Made by a program: the position numbers and the translations under genes. From Felis catus (taxonomy: Eukaryota): a DNA stretch of 64,000 bases. Positions 1 through 12,696 of this stretch are shown one piece after another; within the stretch, counting starts at the first letter, position 1; every line of letters begins with the position of its first letter. The stretch lies in the NCBI RefSeq assembly GCF_018350175.1, contig NC_058368.1:91266001-91330000 (forward strand). Reading direction: 5' to 3'. The notes below the pieces were generated by a model. That model worked only from the letters and a program-made list of their open reading frames with translations, did not search any database and was not told the origin of the DNA.

Positions 1-330
1 TCAACACTGTGGATAAATTGGAAGCTAACTACATACACAGCTGGTGGCAATGTCAAGGAGTACCAACCACTCTGGAAAATAGTGTGGCAGCACCTCAAAA
101 GGGAACCATGTGTCCTCACCTTTTTATTAAAGCATTTCTTTGAGAAAATTTGTATTTGTAAATCTTTCTCTATGCTTTTGATAGGATATGTATATAAATC
201 TTGTAAAGCCTCTGTGAACATTATAACCCAAAGATGTTCTTAAGGGGCTGGGAGCTGTCTCTTTGAAAGGTAAGCATCAAGAAGGAAGCCTGGAGTTTTG
301 CGCAGGGGAGTGAGATGACCTGATTTACCT

Positions 331-557
331 CTTTTTTTTTTTTAATTTTTTTTTTTAACGTTTATTTATTTTTGAGACAGAGAGAGACACAGCATGAACG
401 GGGGAGGGTCAGAGAGAGGGAGACACAGAATCTGAAACAGACTCCAGGCTAGGAGCTGTCAGCACAGAGCCCAATGCGGGGCTCAAACTCAGGGACTGCG
501 AGATCATGACCTGAGCCAAGTCGGCCGCTCAACCGACTGAGCCACCCAGGTGCCCCC
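331..557 (-). mobile_element. CAN-SINE (SINEC)
   Basis: Reverse-oriented tRNA-derived head, (CT)n linker and A tail; TSD ctgatttacct on both sides. Confidence 0.92.
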
Positions 558-767
558 TGATTTACCTTTTAATAGAGCATTCTGGCAGCTACAAGAACAG
601 ATGCTGGTGGCAGTAGGGAGGTGCAGGGCCATGCAGGGGTCTTGTTAGGGAGGGAAAGGAACAAGGAGAAGACTGACCTGAACATACTAGACATGGCTCC
701 AGAGCACCTGGGCTTTGCTTTTACCTCTTAAGAGATTCACTCTTTAAACCACCACCTGCTGGGTCAC

Positions 768-900
768 TAGGCTGCTAAGGGCAGCACTTTCGTGCAAATT
801 AGAAGACCCCTGCCCCCTGCCCCCTGTGCAGGGGCAGTCCAAGAACAGCTTGGTGGGTGGAAGGCAACTCCCAGGTGGCCCCCTGGCTGACCACGTGGCC
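768..900. mobile_element. Short ancient hAT-type DNA transposon fragment (MER91-like)
   Basis: ttcgtgcaaattagaa...cccc resembles the recalled MER91B consensus; boundaries approximate. Confidence 0.35.
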
Positions 901-1019
901 CAGGTTCAGTCCACCCTACAAGGCTTCTTGCGTTCAGATAACAAAGAGAAAATGATGGGGAAAGAAGAACATATTTTCATTGGAGGTAACTGTTTACCTA
1001 GATCATTCTTGAATTTTTA

Positions 1020-1292
1020 AAAATATTTATTTATTTTGAGAAAAAGCGAGCAGGGGAGGGGCAGAGAGAAGGAGAGGAGAGAGGGAGAGGGAGAGGGAGA
1101 GGGAGAGGGAGAGGGAGAGGGAGAGGGAGAGGGAGAGGGAGAGGGAGAGGAGAGGAGAGGAGAGAGAGAATCCCAAGCAGGCTCCATACTCAGCAAGGAG
1201 CCCCACGCAGGGCTCGATCTCACAACCATGAGATCAGGACCTGAGCTGAAATCAGGAGCCAGTCACTCAACCACTGAACCACCCAGGTACCC
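1020..1292 (-). mobile_element. CAN-SINE with expanded (GAGGGA)n linker
   Basis: SINEC body in reverse, with about 11 GAGGGA units at 1081-1146. Confidence 0.9.
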
Positions 1293-4200
1293 CTCCCTGC
1301 ATTTTTTGAATTTTAGATTTCAAGAATAGTTCCACGTTTGGGTGTAAAGCAAACTCATGATGTGTATCACCTTATTACAACTCTTCCAGAAAAGCACCAC
1401 CTCAGTGATTACAGTTTAGGCTCATAGACTCAGAAGAGACACACACCCTGTGTGCCATCTCCTTCCATCTCTCAACTTAAAGCATACATACCTGGGATGA
1501 CAGTTCGTTTTTGTTTTGTTTTTCCTATTTGTGAATAGTATTGAAATAAAAGTAATTTTTTTTAAAAGAGGATATTTGGAGGCAGTTAGAGGTTCTAGGA
1601 GTCCTACCCCGGGAGCACGGGCTTTTCCATCACTGGCTGTCCAAGGGGAAGGTTTTGGTTTGGGTCTAGAGTGAACAAGCTGAGGCACTCCCATAAACAC
1701 CGGCTCCCTCACCCGTGCTCGCAGGGGAGTGAGCTGCCCTCGGGAGGGGAAGCTGCTCTGAGGTCACCTCAGTCCAGACAGATGGAGCCCCCCAACCCCC
1801 CAGGGGTACAGGACAGACACAGCCACATGCCCGGACTCCCAGGGCATGTGGCCCATGTGACTTCCACCTGAGGGAAGGTGGCCCAGGGTGGCCCATGTGA
1901 CTTCCACCTGAGGGAAGAGAGGGGGTTCATCCCATCTAGAGACACCCACATACTGGTCAGCTGTGATGTCCTTATGTCCATCCGACGTCCACCCACGGTC
2001 TACCCTCAGGGACGTCTCCCCAGAATGGAGGAGGAGGCTGACTGGACTCCTACCCCACCACCCGGTGGCCCCAGAGCCTCTCAGGACAGCTTTGGACTCC
2101 AGTCACACTATCTATTCCCCTTAACTAAACGAATACTCACTTCACTCAGATTCATTAATGGATCAGAGGCTCCCGAGGTCAGGGCAAAGGGAGCCCTGCT
2201 CTTCCTCTGACCTTCCATGCCAGACCCGGCTCACACCCAACAGTGGGACTGAGGACCCTCCTCAACCCCACCTGGTTCCCTGATGGCCTGCATTCTCTGA
2301 TCACTTCGTGGTGGCCTCTACCAGCTTCCACAGAATTTGTGTCCTTCTTCCAAATCAAAGTTAAAAAGATGGAAATACAGACAAGGGTGGTTCCCACATC
2401 AAAAACCTCAACCTATGGCAGGAAGAAGGCTCCCCTGACCTGGGGACTTGGAGAAGGAGTCCACCTATCCTGCGGGTCCTCTGTGGGGCCCATAGCGTGG
2501 GGGGCCGTCACTGACTCGTGTGGACCTGAGGACAGCTGGGACCAGTCCCCACTTCTATGCCAACAGGCTCCCTGTCCACTGCAGGCTGATCTCTGCAGGG
2601 GGTAAACCCAGGTCTGTGGCCAGGTACTTCCGACTCCTCACGCACTGTGCGTGGCTCTTGGACACAGTCCAAATCCTGTGTCCGGGCTTCCCTGGCTCAG
2701 TGGGTTCTGGTCCCTGCTGCTTTCTCCCGGCTCCCGTCAGCACCTGCTGGCTTCCTTTCTCTGCATAAACACACATGCCCTTTTCTGTGCCTGGACTATT
2801 TCTCTGCATCCTCAGATCCCACCTCCTCGGGAAGTCTTTGCCCACTGGGCACGCTCTGCCTGCACCTTTGCCCTCCTGCTCTACCCCCCACCCCCCACCC
2901 CACCCCTCCCGCTGAGCCATCTCCCTCCTGCTGCACCCATCCCCCCTCCTGCTGGGCCCGTCCCCTCTGGCCACAAGCTCTCACAGCACTTTGCATCTTT
3001 CCAGTGGGGGGCCTGACCAGCTGTCATTCCATACCCTGTGTGCACTCAGTTCCTGAACACTTGTGCCCCCACTCGACCCTGACCTGCAGCCAGCGGGACC
3101 TGTGTCTTTCTGTCAATGTAACGTTGCCAGTGCCTAGGGTGGAGCTCACTCACCATTTATTACCGACAGGAAAGCCATGGGTGAGGGTTTGAACCCAGAT
3201 GCTCCAGAAGCCGAGCACCCCCCACCCCCCCAACATTCATCAGCTATCTGTCGCAAACTTCCATGACAGCAGCCTCTCCTGTTCCTCTCCTCTGATGACT
3301 TCTCAGTCTTGGCCAGATTCTTCTTTCCTAACCCACCTCGTAAATGGTGAGGTTTCCTAGTATTCTGTCCTGTACCCTGTGCCCTCACCTGGTCAGTTCA
3401 AGGTTTCAGATGCCACCTTTGTACCCATAGCTCCCTGACATCCCTTTCGAGTCCCCACAGACCTCAATCAACTGTCCACCAGCGTCTCTACTGAAGCATT
3501 CCACCCGTGCCTCAACCGAGACCCATCCCACAGCGAACTCAGCTACACCCTTAACAAAGGGACCCCTCGTCTTCCCTCCTGGAGCCCACTAGAAACATCT
3601 TGCCTACATGACTAAGTGTTACCAGAAGGTTCCACATCACGTTTTCCCTCATTTTAAATCTATTCCCCACAATGCTTCCAAGGTGACCATTATTAAATTC
3701 AAATTACATAAGGACTCCATGAATGTATTCTCTGAAATATTCAGATTCCACACAAATAAAGCCCTCTTTCATCCTGCCCATTCTTGATCCCCACCCCCGC
3801 CCCCATTCTCAATTCCGTTCCAAGTAGGACTACTGTTACCAGCTAAGGTGTGTCCCCTAACCTTTCTCCCTGCACTTCCACACATATTATACATACAAAC
3901 AGCCACGTAATTTTCCTTAAACACAAATGGGGGCACATCACCATCATGCTCTGTGACCTGCCCTGGAGCTCTGGCCATACCAGCGTGCTCTTGTCTGACG
4001 TGGTGCTCCATGCCAGGGCAAGGGACTTGCCACAGCTTCTTAAGCCATGCCTTTATTGGAAGACCTCTACGTTGTTTCAGATTTAGGCCAATTTTTCTAA
4101 AACACCAAGACCATATCATTCTCCTGCTTAAAATCCTTTCTTTCCATGGGACAGTCCATCTCCAAGAATCTTGTTAAAGCACATTGTAACATGGCCCCTG

Positions 4201-4556
4201 CTAGCTTTCTGACCCCCTTTCCTTTCTCAGCTCCTTGCCTCACATGCATCCCCTGAGCCTCCATCAGAATGAATTCTTTGCCATTCTTCAAATACTGACT
4301 GAATGCTGACTGAATACCTGATGTGCCGCCCTCCTCTGAGAACAGGAAAGAATAAGAGGAGATCCCGAGAGATTCACTTGGGAAGTGATTCCTGCAGAAT
4401 AAGAGGAGGCTCCTGTCTGGGGCCTTAGTGTCCCCTCCCCGCCACTTCTTGAGGACAGAGAAGCTTCCCCAACCAACATCTCCAAGCCCCACCGTCACTT
4501 AGTAAACAGACTGCTGCCCAAAGCAGTTCCCGGGCTCCTCCGTCCCAGCCACTCAC

Positions 4557-4652
4557 CTAGAGAGGGGTCTCCAGGACTTTCTTTCTCTACCTTCCAGGGA
4601 TCGTCTCCTTGCTGCAACAGGGAGATCACTTTTGGTTTGGAAAACAGGAGTC
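4557..4652 (-). CDS. ZNF354A: KRAB-B exon of KRAB zinc-finger gene (ZNF354A-like)
   Basis: 96-nt exon bounded by cag| and |gtgag on the minus strand. Translates (G)[31 protein letters not shown], a ZNF354-type KRAB-B box, and is phase-compatible with the KRAB-A exon. Confidence 0.85.
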
Positions 4653-5002
4653 CTGCTCATAGACAAAAAAAAGAAAAATAAAATGAGACAAAAAAACCCA
4701 AGTCTTTGTTTTGACTCAAAGAAGCATCACAGATCTATGTAGAAAAACTCAGAGGATGGTACAAAGAGATTCTGGGGGGTGCTTCCGCTGTGTCCCCATG
4801 ATGTGACGGCATGTATGAGGGAAAAGGCAAGTGACCTTTAGGACATACCTATGTAATAATTGTATGTTAGAGAAATATGATAAATATGCAGCTTTGATTC
4901 ATGGAGTATCAAGGGCTTTCTACAGAAGAGGGACTATGTTAGATGTACAGACTACATATTTGTGAACAGGTACCAAGTCCCCTGTTTAAAATGAGAAAAC
5001 AC

Positions 5003-5440
5003 AGGGGTGCCTGGGTAACTCAGTTCGTTAAGTATCCAACTCTTGATTTCAGCTCAGGTCATGATCTCACAGATTGTGAGTTCGAGTTCCACGTCAGGCT
5101 CTTCACTGACGCATGGAGCCTGCTTGGGATTCTTTGTGTCCCTCTCTCTCTGCCCCTCTCCCACTTGCTCTATCTCTATCTCGAAATAAATAAATAAACT
5201 TAAAAAAAATGTTTTTAGGTATGCCTGGGTGACTCAGGTTAAGCATCTGACTTCGCATCAGGTCATTATCTCATGGTTCTGGGGTTCAAGCCCCACACAG
5301 GGCTCTGTGCTGACAGCTCAGAGCCTGGAGCCAGTTTCAGATGCTGTGTCCCCCTTTTCTCTGCCCCTCCCCTGCTCACTTTCTCTCTCTCTCTCTCTCA
5401 AGAACAAATAAACATTAAAAAAGATTCTTTTTAGTTTTTT
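5003..5440 (+). mobile_element. Two tandem CAN-SINEs
   Basis: Two heads (~5003 and ~5217) with a shared outer TSD gagaaaacac. Confidence 0.88.
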
Positions 5441-5785
5441 TAAACGAGAAAACACTATCTGACTCCCTTTCAAAGATGGATCATACAATGCTCATTGGGA
5501 TGTAAAAGCGAATTGGGAAAGGCCGGTGGTAGGTTGATGGATGCTGTCTGCTGTGAGCCAAGCAAACAAATCACAGAAACTCCTATAGCGGGAAAATGTG
5601 GCCTAACCAAGAGGGAACTTCTAACGTAAAAGTATGTCAGTTGTCCTGTCATGGGAGAAATCCATGCCTATAAGGGGAAAAAAGTTTTAAATAGTTATTA
5701 ACAATTTGTACAGTCTTAAGGCAAAATTCAGCTAAAAGTTCCTGATGACCCATGGCTTTTATCCTGGGAAGCAGGTGTTGACTTA

Positions 5786-6058
<273 letters not shown>

Positions 6059-6620
6059 TTATTCTGGTTTCTGAAGGTTTCAGGTCATTTGTTTAATGAA
6101 CAATTGGCCAGTGACAAATATATACTGAAGTGTTCATGAAAGCATGACTTGTTAACCAGGCCCTGTGTTAAACACTGTAAGGACATGTGGGGAGGAATTA
6201 AGGACATTAGTGGGAATGTTAATTAGAATAACATTTCTGATGACAATTTGATAATAGATATTTAAAGACTTAAAATGTGTGGATCTTTTAACTTACCAAT
6301 TACTATATTTGCATCACAATGAACAGTGTGCAAAAATGCACCTCCAAGGTGTTTATCATGATGTTACTGATAAAATCACTGCAGGCTTAAGTTAGGTTAA
6401 CTAACTTGAGACACTGTCTTGAAGCCAGAGGACAATAATAATGGAAACCTAAATAGCTATTATTTATTGAAAGCTTTCTTTGGACCAAGCTCTTCTTAAG
6501 AGATTTGTATTAACTTTTAGTGTAAATACTTATCTTTACAACAACTCTATAAAATAGGTACTATATTGCCCCCATCTTACACAAGAAAAAAAAAGAAATT
6601 TGTCCAAACCGAACAGCTGG

Positions 6621-7530
6621 TATAGAGGAAGACTCACTCCCCCTGTGTATCGACTCTCAATACTACAATACTGCTTTACTTCTGACACCAGACATGTGTG
6701 TTTTCCACACGCCAAGCAATTGTGTGACACCAGCTAGGTGTCTTACGATTTAATTCCATTCTCATGCCATCTACCTGGAGAGAGAGCCCGATTCCACAGG
6801 TTAAGGCTCAGTCCCACAAAGCTGCCTCAACTTCAGATGCCAATCCCAAGTCCAGATGGTAACCTGTGCTTCTTACCAAGTGGCTATAAATTGCACAGGT
6901 TTCCACCACCCCCCTCCTCAGGTTTAATTAACTTGCTCAAGTGGTAAATGCAGGGAAAGTGCCACAATGCAGGAAAACATTTACTTAATAGATTACTGGT
7001 TTATTCCAAAAGGATATTATTGAGAACAGACCCGGGAAAGAGGTGAAAGGTATGTGGGAAGGGTGTGGAGCTTCCACGCCCTCCCTGGATGCACCACTCT
7101 CCCCACCGACAACTGTTCACCAACCCAGAAGCTCTTCGAACCCTGTCCTTCTGGGTTTTTATGGCCGCTTCATTACATAGGCACAATGGATCAAATCACT
7201 GGCCATTACATAGGCATGAATGGCCCTGGGTTGGGGTAGAGAGCCTGAAAGATCGAACCCTCTAATCAAGGTTGGTTCCCCTGATTGGACTGGATCCTTA
7301 GGGGCTTTTCAAAAGTCACCTCATTCATATCAACTTTGGCTTGGTTGAAATGACTTGTTATGAGTAACAAAACACAGCAATTTCACCTTTGTTGCTCTGA
7401 AGTTATTTCAAGAATAAAAACCAACTATTATTATTCATCATTTAGCATCCAAACCCTTATAATCTCCTATGTGCCAGGAACAGGAATGAAGACCAAATAT
7501 ATATTTCATACTATGAATCACAATATCACA
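6621..7530. mobile_element. Solo LTR, MER21-like (ERVL class), inserted in a MIR
   Basis: 5-bp TSD GCTGG (6616-6620 and 7531-7535); ends ...tatcaca; internal motifs (cttctgacacca, ccacaggttaagggctcagtccc-like) match recalled MER21. Confidence 0.7.
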
Positions 7531-7949
7531 GCTGGTCAGGGGTAGAGGTAAAACTGCAATTTGGAGGACGTCCAAGGCTCCATTCTTAACCATTCTGCAA
7601 TACTGCCTCTCAATGTCTACCTCATGAGGTTAAGAAATAAATGCGATAATCTATACAACGGAGATGGATGGTGGTGATAATCGCACAATAATGTGAATGT
7701 ACTTAATACCACTGAATAATACATGCAAAAAAAGCTAAGGTGATAATGTCATGTATATTTTATTACAATAAAAAAGCTAAAATGGTAAAACAAATGCATA
7801 CCTATGTACATATAAATACACACATAAACAAAACACAAAAGTGAATAGAAAAGGATTCTGATGAACATATACCAAAGGGGTAACAGCTGCGTTAAGAGTG
7901 ATTTCACTTTCTTCTTTATGTATATATTTTTTATTTCTGAAATTTAATT

Positions 7950-8172
7950 ATTTTTTTAAAGTTTATTTATTTTTGAGAGAGAGAAAGAGAGTGCAAGTGA
8001 GCGTACAAGCAGGGGAGGGACAGAGAGAGAGAGGGGGACACAAAATCCAAAGCAGGCTCCAGCCTCTGAGCTGTCAACACAGAGCCCAACGTGGGGCTTG
8101 AACTCACAAACTGCAAGATCATGACCTGAGCCGAAGTTGGAGTCTTAACCGACTGAGCCACCCAGGCACGCC
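7950..8172 (-). mobile_element. CAN-SINE
   Basis: Reverse SINEC with a tctgaaattt TSD-like flank. Confidence 0.9.
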
Positions 8173-10057
8173 TATTCTCTGAAATTTTAAACATGAGCAT
8201 GCAATACATGTATAATAAGGTAACTTAGAAATAGTTAATATAGTTAGAAATAGTTAATATAGAAATAATCTTAGCCCTCATAAGAATTTACGATCCAACT
8301 GACAGACCAGAAGAAAACCGTGTGCAATGATTTGCTCAATGAAATTGTGTAGCTGGACAGGCCTGTATGCCGTTTCCCAGTTCAATCCTCATTTTAGAGA
8401 CGAGAACCAGAAGGTCCAGGGCAGTCAAGACCCAGGTCACATACTTTCTTAGTAGCAGAGGCAGGACAATAATTCAAGTCTGCCTTTAACCCAGCACTCG
8501 GTATATTCTCTCTCTGCTCTTAAACACCCTGTCACTGACTTTTACACACAAGCCCGTGCAGGTGACAAAAGGGTGGCAGATGAGGTTAGGGAGAATGCCA
8601 CGAGGATTCACTCACACGCAGAGATGGAGAAGATTGTGGCCAAGAGAGCAACATGGCTCCAATGGAATGGAAGAGGAAAGCCTTAGGGAAAAGCAGCCGG
8701 AACGTGCAATGGCAGGCCTGGGCCCAAAGATCAGACACTAGCGAGTTTCATGGGTCCGAAACACAATGTCACAGTGAAGGGCGGTGACACGGGGGCTGGG
8801 TCTGCCCTGAGTTCTGAGAGAGGCACCAGGGGAATGGCTGGACAGTAATGAGCATGAACCCAGAGGCCAGACCCACTTGGGTTTGAATTCAGGTCACTGG
8901 GCTTCCTTGAGCCTCCATTTCCCCATATGTAAAATGGGTATGATAATTGCTGCGCAGGCAGGAGAGTGAGAACAAAGGCAAAGCCCTCAGGAGGTCCCCT
9001 CACGGGACATTAACTGCTACTGTCAGGTGAAGGTGAGTCATGGAAGGACCCGTATCTCCCGGGTCCTGGAAACACTGGATGGCAGTTCCCGTCTGTCAGC
9101 ACTGATGTTACTACTGCAGTAACATCATCACCTCCTACAGCCGCCACACAGTGACCATCTGCGAGGGCCTGGCCCGATCTAAACACTTTCCATGCACTTG
9201 AATTCACGTGATCCTCTCACCTGCCCTATGAGGTAGGCATGGTTGTGATCCCCACTTTCCAGGTGTGGAAACAGGCACAGAGAGATGGAGCTATTGGTCC
9301 AAGCCCAGAGACAACAACCAAGGAGATGGGTTCAAACCCAGCAGTCTGGCTTAAAAGCCCCACTTGTCAGCCTCTGGATACCCTGCCTCTCCACTACTGA
9401 TACCCCACGAAATCCTCGCCGCTGCTTCCTGAGGAGTCATCTTTCTGCCCTCGCAGTCAAGAGACCTCTCCAACTGTGTCCCCTCCAACACGGCTATTCC
9501 TTGTTCATGCACGGGCCTCCTGGGATGGGGTCCCTCCCCCGTTCCACAACATGAAGATGAAAATGGCAGGTCAAGAACAGTTTTCAAGAGAATGCGGAAG
9601 CAAGGCACATGATCCACAAGGTTAAGAGGGAGAAAAAAACACTGGTCTGGAAGAGCCTAGGGAAGGTATCATAAAGAAAAGTCAAAGGTAGGGAGGGAGA
9701 CCAGGGCAAGCCAAGGAAGCAAGGCCAGAAAGGAACTGCCAAGTGTGCATGTTTGTTCTGTCCCCATGTGACATCTACCTGTCAAGTTAGTAATCAGACA
9801 GTATATTGTGATTGATGAATAAAAGAGTGTCTGTTAGGAAAAGAAAAGAGAAACACTGGACATGGCGGGTAGGAGGTTAGCATTCCCTACACAATCTGCC
9901 ATCCACCAGGGTGGACCAACTCTTCAAAGAGAAAAGGGCTTGGACTCCAACCCCTGGAGAAGGTTATACTGAGTAGGGAACTTCAGTTCCCAGGTGGGTA
10001 AGAAAGTCAATCAATCAATCAATCTGTCTCTAAGATCTGAGATGGCAATGAACTCAC

Positions 10058-10143
10058 CCGAGGCCTTGCTTCCCTCTGTCCAATAGCCATATCTTCTTTC
10101 TGGGCTCTTCCCTTAGGATGGGTGGAGTCTCCAGAAGGCAGAT
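10058..10143 (-). CDS. ZNF354A: Start-codon exon of ZNF354A-like gene (ATG at 10090; 10091-10143 is 5'UTR)
   Basis: Acceptor cttctttcag| and donor |gtgagt. The 33 coding nt give MAIGQREARPR, matching the ZNF354 N-terminus MAAGQREARPQ, in phase 0 to the KRAB-A exon. Confidence 0.85.
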
Positions 10144-10699
10144 CTGAAAGAAGAAAAAGGGAGCCAGGAGGGAGAAGCCCCTTCTGCTTTCCAACCCCTC
10201 AGAATCACCAACTCTGAAATCCTCACACCACCTGAGAATGACCCCATGTGCCCCCAGAGAGGGAAATAAGGAGCTGTAAGCAGACAGGACCAGAGAAGTG
10301 CCGGGTCGCTCTGGCTCAGAGAAAAAGGGTGTTAGGACTATCAGCAGCCGCAGCGACTCACTGACTCTCACCGCATGCCAGGGACTGCCAACACCGGTTT
10401 AGTGCAGCAGCACAGCTGCCATTGTCAGCACCCCCATTATACAGATCAGGAAATCAAGGGTAGAGCGGGAGCACCTTGCCCCAGTTCACACAGCCAGGGA
10501 GGGTGCACCGGGATCTACACCACGCGCCTCCAGAACACCTGCCCCAACCTCGCTGCCTGCATGGGACAACTTTTCTCCACCTCAAGCTTTCCCCACCCAA
10601 CTCCCCTCCTGTCAAGGAATCTCCAGATTTTTGGAGAAAACTGCTTCGGAATGGGATGACATCAGTTTTCCTATGGCTGCTATCTGGAGAACAGGCACA

Positions 10700-11520
10700 G
10701 AAACCGAAAACTTCGGTTCCCGTCCAGGATCTGCCGTGGGGGGAAGCGGACAACTCACTTCTGGCGGAAAACGCATCTCTGCGCCCGCCGCCCGGAGGGC
10801 AGTGGCGCTCGTGAGGGGCGGAAACACAATTCCTCACGTTTGCTGACAGCCGGTAGCTGGGCAGGTAGCACTCTGGAAACCGGTTGGGAGGGAGCGGAGG
10901 GGGGCCTGGGCCGGTGGGGACAAGTGTCCGACCTGCCGAGGTCACGGGCACGAACGCGGGACGGCCGGTCCCGGGCGGGCACATCGGGGGTGCCCGGCCC
11001 CTGGCCCGCCCACAACTACAAAGACCCCGCTCGCGCCTCCCGGGCCCGTACCCCGCGCCCCGGCGCCGCATCCTCCCGAGGCCCCGGTCCTCCCTCCCTC
11101 ATTCCACCGACCCTCCGCCGCTCACCTCGCCAAGACCTCGGGGGCTCTGGGCACCACGCCTCCCCGGCCGTGCGCCGCAGGCTGAGGCTCCAGCGCTGCT
11201 TCGGCGGACAGCAGCCCGGGGTCGGAATCCTTCCCCTGGCGATGTCTGGGCGCTGCCTGCGCGGACCTGAGGCCCGGAGCCGCTTGCTGCTGAAGCCGGG
11301 TGTCCAGAGAGGCGGGGCAGGGGGTGAATTAGGGACGGCCGCTAAGGCCTCTGGGGAATGTAGTTCACGCGAGGACCCAAGCATTCTGGGAAGTGTAGTT
11401 CTGCGCGATAGCCTGTCACGTGCCCAGATCCCACTTCCGGGCTCGGGGGTCACAGTCCTTGAGCTGCGAAGCTGTGTCTTCCAGTACCACGGAATGCACA
11501 CGTAGGTTCGCCAAGGGCGG
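10700..11520. promoter_or_regulatory. CpG-island promoter of the KRAB-ZNF gene with ZNF143/SBS, ETS and E-box motifs
   Basis: Very GC- and CpG-rich. Motifs: ACTACACTTCCCAGAATGC (minus, 11381-11399), ACTACATTCCCCA (minus, 11352-11364), GTCACGTG (~11415-11422), CACTTCCGG (~11432-11440). Confidence 0.85.
11126..11340 (-). other. ZNF354A: Probable non-coding exon 1 of ZNF354A-like gene (5' end approximate)
   Basis: Strong donor GAG|gtgagc at 11126/11125 on the minus strand inside the CpG island, downstream of promoter motifs at 11352-11440. Confidence 0.55.
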
Positions 11521-12696
11521 TGCCTTGAAGCTGTGCATCTGGGTAAATGGTAGTAAGGCAAGTAGACAACCGCCGAGAACAAACTTATTTTCCCTTCAGT
11601 GATTCAACCGCATGGTATCTAGCACCTGCTACGTGCCAAACACCATTGGTTGGAAATCAGTTGGTGAACAAAGCAAAGATCATTGCTTTTGAGAACTTTT
11701 GGGGAAGTTGGTACAGAGCAGACAATAAGCCATGAACATAATTATATAACATTTTAAAAAATACGCGTTATGGAAAACAGGGAAAGGAAAGCAGGGTCGG
11801 GGGATCTGGGTGGGTTTGGAAGAGTGGGGTTTCTCTGGCAGCCCTCCAGGAGAGGCAATGGAGGGAAGATGCCGGGGCAGTGAAGGAGGGTAGGGGCATT
11901 CTAGGTGCAGAGAAGTCAAAGGCTATCTTTTCGTTCTTCCTTCCTTCCTTCCCTCCCTTTTCTCTCTTTTTTTCGTACTAGGAATATGTCCCATTTGGAA
12001 GGTTTGCACCTGATGCCAGTACACAGAAGAGGTTAACGATTTGGTGAACATCTTTTAACAGCCCTTTAAACTCCATGTTAATCTCTCAATCACTGCTGAC
12101 CTCCTTTTAACAAAATGAAATCTTGCAGATAGCAATTGTAACCTCTTTTGGGTTTTTCCCTGCTTAAGAATGTGGTTTGAGCATTTGAATTTGCCAATAA
12201 ATAGTCTCCTTCAGTACTATTTTGAATGGCTTCAGCGCATCCCACTACGACTAATTAAATTTTTTTAGTTACGTGTATTGAACTAAGCTCAATTTATTTA
12301 ACCCTATTGTTATATTATTTCCAGTTTTTTGCTCCATTAATATTCTTGTACCTATATCTTTGAAGATTGTTTTCTTAGTTTAAAATTCTTGAGTTACTGG
12401 ATCAAAGACTGGTGGAATTCTAAGCCCATTGTCTAGTTGCGTTCCTGGAAGATTTTACAGTTTTTATTTCCATAAGCAGTTGGTGGCAATATGTGCTGTG
12501 CCTAGCATCCATGTCTACTCTGGTTTTTTTTTTTTAACATTTTTTTTGAAAAAGCTTTTGTTTATTCAGTAGGCCAAATTTTTTATATCTAATTTTGAGT
12601 ACTTGTGAAATTAAATATGATCTCATATTTATCGAACCATTTAAATATTTTCCAATTTTAATTGCTTGTATATGTACTTTATATTGAAATGTTCAA

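Noticed and set aside
1017..1329. ORFs with EGEGEG / SPSPSP repeats
   Set aside because: Translations of the (GAGGGA)n SINE linker; not genes.
2555..3192. Several 120-180 aa overlapping ORFs
   Set aside because: GC-rich intron with non-ATG starts and no recognisable domain or exon structure.
10454..11582. Long (188-221 aa) Arg/Pro/Gly-rich ORFs on both strands
   Set aside because: Expected stop-poor frames in a CpG island; no homology recognised.
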